From Mytilus trossulus (taxonomy: Eukaryota), in contig NC_086379.1 in the NCBI RefSeq assembly GCF_036588685.1, forward strand, positions 47,740,001 to 47,804,000: DNA of 64,000 nucleotides. The letters run 5' to 3'. How positions within the stretch are numbered: the stretch's first letter is position 1; each line of letters begins with the position of its first letter. Of this stretch, positions 51,516 through 64,000 are shown piece after piece. The position numbers and the translations under genes were made by a program. The notes beneath the pieces were generated by a model. It was not told the origin of the DNA. It was given only the letters and a program-made list of their open reading frames with translations, and ran no database searches.

Positions 51516-52262
51516 TATTTAGTTTCTTTACCTACAAGGTATCATACATGTTTGTTTATTCCTCAAAATGCCTATAGACCCTTAAGTGTTAAGGGTTGCA
51601 CTACTGACACTATAGATAATACCATTTACCATAGAAACTATCTTTATGGCTACAACTTATGAGCCACGTTTACCCAGAAGTTTTGTAAAACTCATATCCT
51701 AGAATGGAAGGTTCTGTTTAAATTATATGCAATATTACTTTTTGCAAAGGTCAAACCCTAGGTTTGTGCGATATATTTTTTGAATACATATTCGCCTTGA
51801 ACTTCTAAGTTTAGCTTCTTTTAAATTTTATACTTCAACCCAAACCTCAATGAGTCCGCATAGTATTAATTTTGTCAGCTATCCAACGTCAACAGTTGTT
51901 TGCCGGTATTTCTTTACTTTGTCTCTATGATATGACACATGAAGATCGTATTTAGTAACATTACATATTTATCATATCAATGAATATCAACTATCTCTCC
52001 AAAAGAGCCGTGGTTTGTTTTTCAGCTTTCCTGGCAAAGTACTACCCATGCATGTCGATATTGTTTGTTTTTAATCGCAAAAATATCAAATTGTACATCT
52101 GCATTTGTGTAGGTTTAAAACAAAATCTCTTATTATTTTTTTTTTTAAATTATCCTAACTAAATGTACCTTTCCTATTTAAAAAAAAACAAAAAAACTAT
52201 CAGTGACCAAATAAACTAATAAAAATCATTTTTATTCTAATTGAAATATTTATATTTTTAGA

Positions 52263-52859
52263 ATGGAGTGGAAACTCGTTTCTCTTATTATCGCCATTTT
52301 GTGGTGTGCCAATGCTAACGCCAGTCCAGCCTCTGACATAATTGGCTTCGTTGCATGGATAGGCGGAAAAAGCATAGAAAATGTAGACGAGACAATTGTA
52401 CAGTGTTCCCGTCGTGAATACCATGACGATGACAAAGATATGGAAACATTGGTTGACGAGTGTGTGTCGACGATTGGTGACTATCTGTGTGAAGGACAGG
52501 ATTGCAATGCTGACGTTCGCAAAACTGTGATAGGTATCGGCAAGTTCTATGTTTCTTTGCATATGAATTGTCCCGATTTAAATGTAGATTGTCACAAAAT
52601 GCTTACTTTATTAGTTTGCGAGAAAGCAGAAAATCCTGACGTATGCATTTGGTTTTGGAATGACAAAGAGCAGTCAAGCGTGCATTCTTGGAATAAAAGG
52701 GTAAAGTCTGGACCAGTTTCACCAGCTATGAAAGTTCCAAATCTTTCAAACTTACACAAAATTGGTGAGGTATTGAGAAACAGCCAACGAAGTTCTTCCA
52801 AGTTTGATTTGCTTAGAGGGAAAAATATCGTCAAGAAATTGCTTAACAGTAGAAGTTAA
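52263..52859 (+). CDS. Uncharacterised secreted cysteine-rich protein, 198 aa, single coding exon
   Basis: Long ORF in AT-rich DNA; signal peptide ending ANA-S; 8 Cys; acceptor ttttag just before the ATG; candidate 5'UTR donor at 49760|gtaagt; ATTAAA at 52912. Confidence 0.85.
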   Translation: MEWKLVSLIIAILWCANANASPASDIIGFVAWIGGKSIENVDETIVQCSRREYHDDDKDMETLVDECVSTIGDYLCEGQDCNADVRKTVIGIGKFYVSLHMNCPDLNVDCHKMLTLLVCEKAENPDVCIWFWNDKEQSSVHSWNKRVKSGPVSPAMKVPNLSNLHKIGEVLRNSQRSSSKFDLLRGKNIVKKLLNSRS

Positions 52860-55800
52860 CTTTTGTTTCGCAATTCAATACCTTTAAACAAGACTGCCTA
52901 TTTTCATTGTAATTAAAATACATTCTATAATTATGTAACCATTTAAAAAATATATGTCAAATATTTGCTGCTTGACGTTTAGCTTTCGTTAATCAATAAG
53001 TTTTCCCATATTATGTTGTATATTTATTACTCTCTCTCTCTCTGACAAATAGTGACTATAGGACGGCCTTCAACAACGAGCATGACCAATACCGCATTGC
53101 TAGCTACAAAATGCCCGAGATGACAAATATGAAAGAAACAATATATATATGATACATGTACATAAGCACCAAATGACAACCACTGATTGAAAGCTCCCGA
53201 CTTGATATAGACACATGCAGAATGTGACGGGGTTAAACATGTTTTCGGACACCAAACATATTACATGTAATCAAAACTGGATATCTGTGTAAATTAAATG
53301 TATTTATCTAATTAGTTAGGATGGACGGTTTTTGAAACAGTTCACTTACCGTTGACAGGGGCGGAAGAGTACAACTGCTAGTAGTCATTTGTTAATGTAT
53401 GTATCATTGTCATAGAAGACCCATTGATGGCCTTGGGCCGTTATCTACACTTTGGTCGGGTTGTTGTCTTTGTTTCGTTGACATATACCCCATTCCCTTT
53501 TTCAATTTGAACATTAGAACACACTAAATAATCAGCGGAAAAGAATTATTCACTTATCAGATCGATACAAAGAAGAAAAATAAATATCAAAGTCACAGAC
53601 CGATCGTAGCTGGTCATTCGGTCTTATTGAATTTGCAGACAGATGTCAATTTGATCATGCAATCTTAGTGTGTTTCAAAGTTTGACATATTCTAATAATA
53701 CACAGGTATATTGAAGGTTGTGTGTTGACCTCTAGATTTCTTTAATTAATTGTTTGTGTCGTTGGGCTGTTTTCTCAGTCGAAATCAGCTCCATTATCTC
53801 CTAAAACTTGTTAAGAACTGTGGGGATAACATTTACTGTTCACTGCTAGAGCGACTGTAGTGCAGCTCTTCTGGCACCTTTAACACAGTTCGATTGTACA
53901 CCAGTTTTAGACATGTCATACCTAAAACGACTTTAGAGCAATTCTTCTGATACCTTAAGAACACTTGTGTAAACCAAGTGTAAATACTATTAACCAGGTT
54001 GAAGTCCGATGACATTGCACAATTTACGTTTTTAAACAAGGCTCCACGGCCACACTTGATTATATCGTATAGCAGTTTTGGACAGAATTACCATATATCA
54101 AATTATTACGATTCAGTTCCTTTTTAGTACATATTTTGTGTCAGATACATTTGGTATCTAAAAAATTGAAATATTAAGGTTCAAGTTCCAATTTCAGCCC
54201 TCATATCATTTCAAAAAAGCTTTCCTAAACATGGTAATTTGAAATAAATGATAGCCCTCCAAAGTTACATGTACTCTCCAAGTGTTCCAAACATAGCATG
54301 TTGTAGAGGTTTTGCTGATTGTTTAATGGTAAAGTTTCGTGCAGTTGCTAATATTCGACATCGGTTGGTCTCCGATAGAGAATCTTAACATTGAATTTTA
54401 TACCACAGCTTTTTATTTTCAATCTTACTGACTAAAACTTTCGCGTCCATGCCTGTCCTAGACGGAAAACGACACTTCAGGAGGACGGATGGACATAGTA
54501 CCTTCTTAATAATAATAATGATTTTTCATCAAAGTCTACACGAAAATTTGTTAAACTGGTATAAAAAGTTGCGTTCCTTTTAGAAAATAAAAGCAAAACG
54601 TGAATCTAAGACCGCTGACTAGCCACACGCTAATTTTTATGCTTTTTCTAATTGATATCAAACTGTGAATAAGATAATAATTGTTAATGTAGAAATACCT
54701 TTATTGAAATGATGTAATTGTAACTAGACAATCGTATAGCCTATTATACTAAAATGTACCTTTTACAGCTTCACAATTTTATTTGAATATTTACTGGGAA
54801 ACAAATATCAGATGCAACAATTTTCAAAGATGCTTTTAAAACTTGTTGTAATTACACTTGTTGCATTGGATGTTTGTGTATTCAGTTTCAACTCTGAATT
54901 AATTCAGTGTATTATATGGTGCGAGAACACAACTACTTCATAGTGCATTTCTTTCAGACAATAAATGAAAATTAAAAGAATCCTGCGCTTTCTCAATAAT
55001 ATTTTTACGTTGTGTTTTACTACTTTTAGGACAAATCATATCAAAATTAAAGAAAATTGCATCGGATCTAACTCACAGAAAAATATTGAATATTTAACTT
55101 CCACTTTAAAAGACAGAAGTAAAACAAACAGTTAGTTTTGTTCACACATTGTTGTCAATATAATGGAATTTCTATGCGACTGTCAAAGAAGTGAGAGGCT
55201 TAGCTACCGGTAACCAGGTTTAATCCACCATTTTTTCCCTAAGAAGATATTCTACAAAGTCAGAAATACTGACAGCTGTTATCCATTCGTTTGATGCATT
55301 TTAGCTTTTGATTTTGTCATTTGATACGGAATGTCCGTTTTGAATTTTCCTCAGAGTTCGGTATTTTTGGTATTTTACTATTTATATCTTGAAGGTTTTT
55401 GGTGGATTTGAAGCAAAATATTTAATATTTTTCTCCTTGATTTCGATGTACATGTTGTAATAAATAACAAAAACAACACGTGAATAATATCATGCGTTAA
55501 ACGCACTTTTCTTGAATCACCTTCATCAGGAATGCCCTAAACACAATATGTTGGAGCATTACATCATCTATTGTTTAGTCCAAATAAAGCTTTGAATTTA
55601 CTCTCGTCCGTCCAACCGACTGTTACACATAATGTCCGCTCTAAATCTAGAGAACCGTTATAATGTCATACTTTATACTTGACATTGTATTAACCAACAC
55701 TAGAGGGTGTTTCAAAAGAGGGGTACAGCAGTCAACATTGTGTTATTTTCTTAATCACTATAACAACAACCAAATGTATAGAAAAAAACGCGGAGGGGTT

Positions 55801-56717
55801 TAACATGTTTAACCCTACTGTCACAGTACAATATTTAGTGAAAATGTAAAAGAAAGTATGTTAACACATGTTTTATGATGGTAAGGTTCTAACCCCACTT
55901 ACGGGAGGGATTGTGCTTGGTTTTCATATGACGAAGACATAATCTTTCAATCAGTGTAATTGAGATCTCGAGCTAATATGTAAGTAGGTGCTAGTCATCC
56001 TTTGTTAATATATGTTCATCATTGTCATTGTGCTAAGTTTCTCCTGTTCCCAAAGGTAACACTGGAGTCGAACTTCTTTTTGAAAGTGTGTTTTGATTGG
56101 AGTTTTTTTTTCCATTCAACATTAGCTAGAGATATAAGGAGAGTTTTGTAATCTTACAAAGCATATTACATCTGTGTAAACACTTCTGTGTTGTTTGTGC
56201 CTGTCCCAAGAGAGGAACCTCTGGCCCTTATCTAGAATCTTGTTTCGTTTTTTACAGTTTGGTCCATTTAAATATTTCGGAGTTAATTAAAAGATGGACG
56301 AAAGATACCAGAGGGAGAGTCAAACTCATAGACGGTCCATTCTATAGTTTCCTTGTTCAAAATTCAGAAAATGAATAATTTAATAGTTTATAATTAGTTT
56401 ATAATTGAAGTTTGAAAAATGAAAAATAGATAATGGACGTTCTTCAGCCCAGTTAATAAAACGCAGTAACAGATTAAAAGCAAAGGATTAAACGTCTTAC
56501 TATGAACCTATATTGTTGTTATTTTTTAAAGGAATGACTGTGTTATTTTTTTCTGTCTATGAATGAATAACATAAAAAATGTGGTGCACACTGAATAACC
56601 CGCGTAACATCAGTCAATCAGAAGACGCGTTACATCCAACATTAAATTATTGGAGAATATATACAATTGCTATGTTCCTGTCTTTATAACTTCAAGTATG
56701 ATATATTATTTTGCATT

Positions 56718-59700
56718 TCAAACCATTGAGATTGAGATGACCATCTTGTCAGCTAATTCTACTTCATTGTCTGAAAAATAAAAAATAGATATTAAAGCCA
56801 ACAAGTATTGCTGGAATTGCTAGCAATACAAGTCATGTTTGTTCTCTTTTCAAATAACATTATTCTTATTTTAGTAAAAAAAAAACACGTACATTATTTT
56901 GTAAGTGTAAAACGATCAACGTCAGTCGTGCAATGTGCTGTTGCAGCTTTTCGATATCAGTTACAGTTGGGAGATCTATGAATTATATTGCTGTCTTGGT
57001 TTGATATCGATTTGATTTTATTTTTTAAAAGCCAAAAATATTCTCTAAGCATTTTTTTAAAACACTTTCATTTTGCTATTGGTGTTGCGGTTATATACAT
57101 TTTGAGTCAAGAATTTCATTATTCAAAAATATTTGTTTTGGTCCGTTTTCTCTTCGAACATTATAATATTACAAGTTTGTAAACTGTATAAATATTATAA
57201 AAGACTTGTCATATGATTTCCAATAAGTCAAATATTTACCTAGGACGAAATTCCGTGGTTCTCATATCGGCAGATACACTTCTAATTATGAAACGATTGA
57301 GTAAAATTGAAGAAAAATAAATATAGGAAGAACTGCATGAGCAATCGGAGAATTCAAGAAAAGGTACACATATATATCTAGATGTTAATACGATTTTTGT
57401 TAAAAAATTAAGATACCTTAAAATTACATCAATTACAATTTTAATACAGTTTAAAACAGCTGCACAAAGCACAAATCAAAGTGTAAGTTCATTTTGAAAA
57501 TAATAAAAAATATTATACTGAAAATTCAGAAATTATTTCGTGCATTTGTTATTGTAATTTTAGACATACTGTGGTACCTGACACTACAGGGAGATAACTC
57601 ATTAAAATCAACCAAACGTTTTAATCACGTTGTATTGTTAAGGAAATATCAAGCTTCTCAATGATAAAAGGAGTGTTTGTGCAACCATTTTTTTTTCGAG
57701 AAAGTGATTGCTTTTTTTGAAATTTTATAATTTTTTCAAAGGGTCAGCAAATATTTTGTCAAAATTTAATGAAAATTAAACGAGCTAAATTAATTTTAGT
57801 CAAGGTGTTGGGTACCATATTAAATGCGATTTTAATTTTTTACGGTTTTGTGAAAAGTCCTGATTAATTTATATAAAATATTTCAAAATGAGACTTTAAA
57901 TTATTGCGTTTACAACTCTGTAGCATTTTTTGCAATCATAAAAACCTCGCAATAATTTCTGAATTTACAGTTAATGTATATTCGACGTAATAGAGTATTT
58001 AACCATGAACCAAAGCGCCTGACCTACCATATCCATAATAATTAAATCTTGCCACATGCTGATCAGCAGCATACAAAATATATGGATAAGCCTTTCCTGG
58101 TAGCCTATCAAAGTAACAATAACGGCTAGCGGTGTCAGAGGTGTCACTCACTACAAACCAACCATAGTCTGTATAACAGGTTCCGTAACTTTTACTGATA
58201 AATAAACGGCGGTCATAATATGGATCCCTATTTACAAAAATAAGAAAATACATTTTTATATTTGCTGTAAAAATAAGACAGAGTCATTATGTAGATTTTG
58301 ATTGTCGCTCAATCTATTATTTTGTTATTAATAAACAACGAAATGTGATATGTTTGCAAATGAGACAATGCGATTCAATGGTCAAAAACTATACTGTTGA
58401 TAAGATTAACATTGTGGAAATTATAAAGAGTATAATTTAAAACGATTTAAAATTGATGAAAAACCGACTGTCTGAATGATAGCGCTTGCTTTTTTCAGTT
58501 TTTGGTGACTTTTTATTTTTTAATTTGACTCGGAGGTAGGTATTTTTTGATACTTTTTTATGGTACTTTATCAAACATATTTACCAATCAACGAATGCGA
58601 TCTTAATGTTGTCGCTGTACTGAAAAAATTCCAATCACAACCCATCAATAAACCTGGTTCTAAATAACTAATATGTCAGTCAGTGCACCTACGATGGATA
58701 TAGTACAAAGTCACAATATGGAGGGAATCGGATGACCTAAAGTTGCCGATGATATATAAGAACGTTTTTTTTGGGGGGCTGGAACTTATGTAAAATAGCA
58801 ATAAATCTCTCTCTCTCTCTCTTTGACTATTACCCGTCCATTGAAAAAATATTGGTGGTAGACAACTGAGTCAAGTCGTTGAAAGAATTGGAGCGAAGTC
58901 GATCTTTAGAGAACCAGTCAGAATTTGTTGAACTATGACCATCAAAATAAATCTCTACAGCTAGTTTTCCATTTTTAAATAGCTCAATTTTGACCTGCAA
59001 TGAAAATGAAACTTTGAATTCAGACGTATTTTTATGCAATATTGAGTCTTAAACTAAAAATGCAAGGGTATTACACATGTTTTTATGGTTTGAAAAATAT
59101 GATTAATGCACAGACAATGATTGTTGTGTATCTTCAGAAAATATAAATCTTTGTAGTATATTACAAAACATAAATGCATCAGCCGGGAGAAAATTGTACT
59201 GTAATCCATTTTGAATGTTATACCGGCGTCACATATCAGCGTATACCTCCGACGTACGCCGGGCGTGGTAAAAAAGCATGCACGCTGCCAATACGCTAGC
59301 AATTTGGGATGCATTAAAACTGTAAATCATATCTGTATCGTGGGCACAATGAGCTTTAAGCGTGTATTTTGCGTACGAGAAGCGTAAATAAGCGTTTATC
59401 GGGCGTTCAAGTAACGTATGCTTGCGTATGTCTCGCGTCTTTATAATGTAGATTGAATGCACACTGCAAAGAATAAATGGCACGCGTCTAGGTCGTATTT
59501 TGGACGATAACCCGTGCTTTCGGCGTGTCTGTGACGTTTAATTTTACGGGCTTACATCCGCATACGTTTAAGTTAAAGTCTAACGATCTTGAAGCGTATG
59601 CAACGTGCCCCAAATGTGTCTCAAACTGATCTGTAGCGTTTTCAACGCGATTGTAGCTTATGTTTTACGTGCGTGTAGCGTACATTAATACGCTTGAAAA

Positions 59701-60896
59701 ACGCTTGAGCGTGCACCAAGTGTATACCTTTGCATATCGACGTACTTCAAACTTATGCAACGCGCGTTTAATACCGTCGTTTCAGATCAGCATATAGCTG
59801 CGATGTACTCCGGGCGTGTTTAAAAATTACTGTACGCTGCCAATACGTTAGAAATTTTGGATGTATTCAACCTGTCAATCAGATCTGTAACGTGTGTACA
59901 ACTAGCTTTAAACGTGTATTGGGCATACGAGAACCAAACTTAAGCGCTTATTGGGCGTTCAAGAAACGTATGGTTGCGTATGCCTGGCGTTTGTCTAACG
60001 AACAAGGAATGCACGCTACGAATGTGCATAACATTTTCTTCGAGTTGTTGCGTTTACCAAGCGTATACCTTTGTATTCCGACGTACTTCAAATTTATGCA
60101 ACGCGCGTTTAACGATTGCTTAGCCATCCTCTGGCTTGCAACTAACTTATATCGACTTTGTCAATTTTCTCTGTACGGTAGGTGCACGGCGGTCTATACG
60201 CCAATGTGTGACGCCGGCATAACGGTTGCTTAGCAATCCTCTGGTGTGCAACTAACGTTTACGGACTTTGTCCATTTTCTCTGTACTTCTGGTGCACGCC
60301 GGTCTTTACGCCAAAGTGGGACGCCGGCATAATAATCATATATATCTGGATAGAAAAATGTTATGCGCTAGAATCGGGTTTCGTCTACGAACTACTCGTC
60401 AGAGATGTTCAAATATAAAAAGAAGAAAAGCCCAAAGAAAGTACGAAGTTAAAAGGTAGAAGATTTGTCAAATACAGCTACGTTTATTTGTTTTTGGGAT
60501 TAGAAATCCTTAATATTTCGAAAAGAAATTGGTAAAGTTAACAGTTTATTTATAAATATGATAATATTTAAGATAATACGAGTGTAACAGGATATAAATG
60601 TAATAAGACGCCTGTTTCGTCTGACTTGTCGGCGACGGTCGAATAAACGAAATCCATGTGATTGTGGAATGGCTAGATTTGATTTATACCTGGTGAAAGT
60701 AAAATTATCTATAATACCTGGTCAATAGGTAACCCATCCCATTTGTCAATCATTGTACTCCTAATGTGTTGATTATTCATGTTGGTACACGGGTTTTTAA
60801 TGTGTTCAATATCATAGTCCAATCCTGTTCCTGTTTTCCAAGTGGTCAATACTGACTGTTGATTTCCAGGGCATGCCACAAATATCTGTGTAAAAT
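56718..60896 (-). CDS. Uncharacterised invertebrate protein, last four exons (5' end not identified)
   Basis: Phase-consistent exons 60718-60896, 58834-58994, 58028-58227, 56718-56770; DFTQIF..W..HIRS..IDKW..IDQVKIELFKNG..DWFS..RL..IFS.DG..GTC..DYGW..C..YPYILY..ADKMVISI, TGA. Confidence 0.85.
57518..57970. mobile_element. MITE (ctg.aaattcagaaattatt TIR) containing a second MITE at ~57571-57817
   Basis: Outer TIR pair 57518/57970; inner TIR ggtacctgacac / gtgttgggtacc. Confidence 0.7.
59221..60329. mobile_element. GC-richer non-autonomous TIR element with a duplicated right end
   Basis: tta|taccggcgtcaca..tgtgacgccggca|taa; 110-bp end repeated at 60110-60219 and 60220-60329; internal direct repeats. 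Confidence 0.7.
60364..60408 (-). ncRNA. Degenerate hammerhead copy (stems II and III disrupted)
   Basis: Reverse complement acatctctgacgagtagttcgtagacgaaacccgattctagcgca. Confidence 0.5.
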
Positions 60897-61044
60897 CTTT
60901 AAAAAAAAGAGAGAAAGTGAGATAATTGTTATTTCGCCCGTTAGCTAAGTATTAAAACATATTCCTAAAATCCTAATAACAAAAAAACTTATACAATTGA
61001 AATGTAATATGACATTGCATGCAATGAAATAACGTGACTTCCCA

Positions 61045-61173
61045 GTGAAATAAAATCCGATACTATCACATGTGAAATAAATCCGATCATTTCACATGTG
61101 AAATAAATCCAATCATTTCACATGTGAAATAAATCCGATCATTTCAAATGCGAAATAAATCCAATACTTTCAC
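61045..61173 (+). repeat. 26-bp minisatellite, 5 copies
   Basis: gtgaaataaatcc(g/a)atcatttcacat unit. Confidence 0.9.
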
Positions 61174-61518
61174 TCCTATGACATGATATAACAGTAGACG
61201 GATGTATTGTCAATACATTGTGAAATGCAGTGAAACCTGGCTAACCCGAATCATGCATGTATAAACTGAAAACCAGTAAACCAAAAATGTTCTTAAAGAC
61301 CAAACAGCCTATTCAGTTCTTCCAGTGATTCTTTCGTTAAAACTTCGTATGAAGGTATTTTATGATTTGAGGAACAAAATATGATGAAAAAAAAAATCAA
61401 GTAAATAACATTGTTTACTTTATTTTCATTATTAAGCCAATGGTTAATGCAATAATAAAAAAATGATTAAACAAAATGTATTCTTAATCAAACAACAATG
61501 GCAAATATTGATCTATAA

Positions 61519-61690
61519 TAGTCGCCGTCAGCTGAAATTCGTGCTATCACTTAAAAGGTAGGACAGTAGTAGTCTTTCTTTTAGCGATTTATAAATGGAA
61601 TGTGAAAAAACTATATCTCGAGTGCACGCGATTGATAGTTTAGATTATTTTTTATCGATAACCGCTACGAATTTCAGCTAACGGCGAATA
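61519..61690. mobile_element. MITE with TAG-type terminus (possibly non-autonomous Academ)
   Basis: tagtcgccgtcagctgaaattcgt / acgaatttcagctaacggcgaata. Confidence 0.7.
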
Positions 61691-61699
61691 TATATATAA

Positions 61700-61743
61700 G
61701 CGTCACTGATGAGTCTTATGCAGACGAAACGCGCGTCTGGCGT
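61700..61743 (+). ncRNA. Type I hammerhead ribozyme, intact
   Basis: GCGUCA-CUGAUGA-GUCU(UAUGC)AGAC-GAAA-C(GCGC)G-UC^UGGCGU; predicted cleavage 61737/61738. Confidence 0.88.
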
Positions 61744-64000
61744 ACTAAATTATAATCCTGGTACCTATGATAACTATATACATAAATAATATATGAACAT
61801 TGTCGGAAAAAGACAATAAATTGTTCGTTCTTTAAAAACAGGGCGAAAAGCGAGACTTGACGAGCTTTTCTCTTGTTTAGCAGCGAGTACAAACATATTT
61901 TATATTTTCCCAATATACATATATTGTTGTTAATCTGTAATTTGCACCCGGCAATTTACACTTTTGTTGTTAAAATACAAATCAATGAAATCGACATACT
62001 TTCAACACGGATCACGAGAAGGACACATACAAGAACTGTTATGCAAACAGAAATATTCGCTTTATTAACATGGAAGTTAAAAACAGCAGACTTTACTTGT
62101 ACAAGTACAAATAAATAAAAAATGTATATAATTGTAAAAAAAAGTCATGCTATATGAACAATAGTTGACTGATTGCAAGATAAAGTATAATTATTTAAAT
62201 TGATTTTAACTACATAATAGTCATACTGCTTATTGATAGCTTGGTTTTTATTCTAAGGGAAGGTGGGTCTTTTTAATTTTTAATTTGGATAATTATTAAC
62301 ACTAGCTATAGGGAACACAATCGCTAAGCTCCGTTGTCTGTGATTCAATACAAAAAGTATATAAAAAACTGTTTTATCCTGAAACAAAAATCTTTTTCTT
62401 TTTCATTGGTTGAATAATTCTGCTGTTAGATTTATGATCCGGAAAAGACTAATGTCCTAACGTCAATTCTTATTCGAATTGGAATGCGCGTCAAGTTGGC
62501 TTTACTGTCCTAACGACGTTAACTTTTAATTCGGATTAACAAAAACGTATTTCTAATGAGAATTAGTGATTTCGAATAAGCCAATTCGAATCATTCGAAT
62601 TAAAAAAGAAGAGTGTGTGAACGCGATTAATAAATTCGATTCGCATTCGATTCGAATTCAATTCGAATTTAACGTACGTGTTACGATGTGACAAACACAC
62701 TTCAAACTACACGTTGCATTATTACAATACACGTAAAGAGTTTAACAGTACTTTTAAAACCAATATTTATGAATTCATTAGAGAGGTTGCAGCAGAGAGC
62801 CGAAAGATTCAAAATTGACATTCTTAGTTTTCACAGGACATGTATAACGTGATTGCTTAAAACATTTCATGGAATCAATCTTTTTTTTTCTTTCTATTAT
62901 TTATTAATTATCAAATTGTTTTGTCTAGATGGTTACTTTAAACAATAATAATTAGACATAACAACTTGACAAGAGACAAGTGAATATGCGACAGGGTAGA
63001 AATGTTGCATAAACTATTTTTGATTATTTTTGCATATAAAAAATCCGTTATACCAATCCGGAGCACCAACAAGTACAACCGGGTTTCGGAAGTATTCGTG
63101 TTGCTCGGTCTTCGGTTTTCTATGTTCATGTAATAGATGTGTAATTGTGTTTGTCTATTCGTTAACAGTAGTGTACTGCTGTTCGAAAGTCATTAATCGA
63201 TTGAGAAAGAACAAATCCGTGTTACAAACTAAAACTGAAGTAAACATAAAAATATATGTAGAAAACAACGAAACAACAGAAACAATGAAGTGCAACAAAT
63301 GACAAAAACAACAATGCAACGCACACAGAAAAAAACTAAAAAATCACAACTCTTATATGCATTTTCCGGACTTTGTTTACAGGACATTTTAAGAAAAAAA
63401 AGTGGGTTGAACCTGGTTTTATGGCTAGCAAAACCTCGAGTTTTAATTACAATGTCAAATATAACACAAAATTATAACATTACATGATAGGTTCTACAGC
63501 ATATATAAATGCAAGAATATTCAGAACAGAGAAATACAAAATTCTAATGCAATTCGTTTGTAACGGTAATTTTCATTGAACGTTGACAAATATTGTGAAG
63601 GGGTAAATTCCAAGTTCTACCAGTCTGTAAATAAGAAAGCCACTATATTGAATTCACTTTTTTTTTTTAAATATACCATTTCTCACAAAATAAACATGAA
63701 AATCACATTTTGAGACTTAAAATCATCTCTTTGTCAACGATGAAACCATGCTGAAGCGTACGAAAGGTATACATATGTTCAGTGTTTATGTTTGACATCG
63801 TGAGTATACATATGACGTCACATTGTTTAGTTGCAAAAGACAATGCCACGGTTAAACAAAATTTTTCACTAATATCATATCTCGCCAAAATATTTATTAA
63901 ATGGTATTTCTTTAACATGCTGTATTAGAATGAGGATACATGTATTGTATTTTAAGCTTAGCCTATGTTCAACTTGATTTTACGCGTCGCTAGGTAAACT

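Noticed and set aside
52200-52834. Minus-strand ORFs
   Set aside because: Antisense shadows of the secreted-protein CDS.
47651-56700. Upstream FReD exons
   Set aside because: I found no WTV.QRR or EFWLG-type motifs by eye; a tBLASTn search would be decisive.
59054-60459. Overlapping ORFs in the GC-richer element
   Set aside because: No transposase motifs; they are explained by reduced stop-codon frequency.
63703-63918. ORF as an upstream exon of the 56718-60896 gene
   Set aside because: No convincing motif, signal peptide or in-frame phase-1 donor.

Overview
AT-rich, intron-rich animal genomic DNA. The repeat families look like those of a bivalve mollusc, probably Mytilus (inference). Exons were assembled by hand from GT-AG sites with consistent phases. 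Genes: (1) a 5'-truncated + strand mosaic serine protease, 17 exons, 387-25173 (SEA-Fz-Fz-LDLa-LDLa-SRCR-trypsin; corin-like); (2) a complete convergent - strand astacin+MAM (meprin-like) metalloprotease, 12 exons, 37231-27741, whose frame needs a 7-nt microexon; (3) an orphan fibrinogen-domain exon split by a degenerate 4.46-kb Academ-type DNA transposon (43031-47487, TAG..CTA termini, TAT TSD) that carries nested insertions; (4) a secreted 198-aa, 8-Cys orphan protein with a cationic tail (52263-52859); (5) four 3' exons of an uncharacterised - strand protein (60896-56718). The main non-coding signal is a dispersed ~300-bp retrozyme-like repeat with type I hammerhead ribozymes, about 8 scoreable copies. 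The three copies with intact cores are all antisense to the overlapping or adjacent gene, while all sense-intronic copies have mutations that should disable them. Other repeats carry decayed twister-ribozyme-like motifs. MITEs and minisatellites fill the introns.
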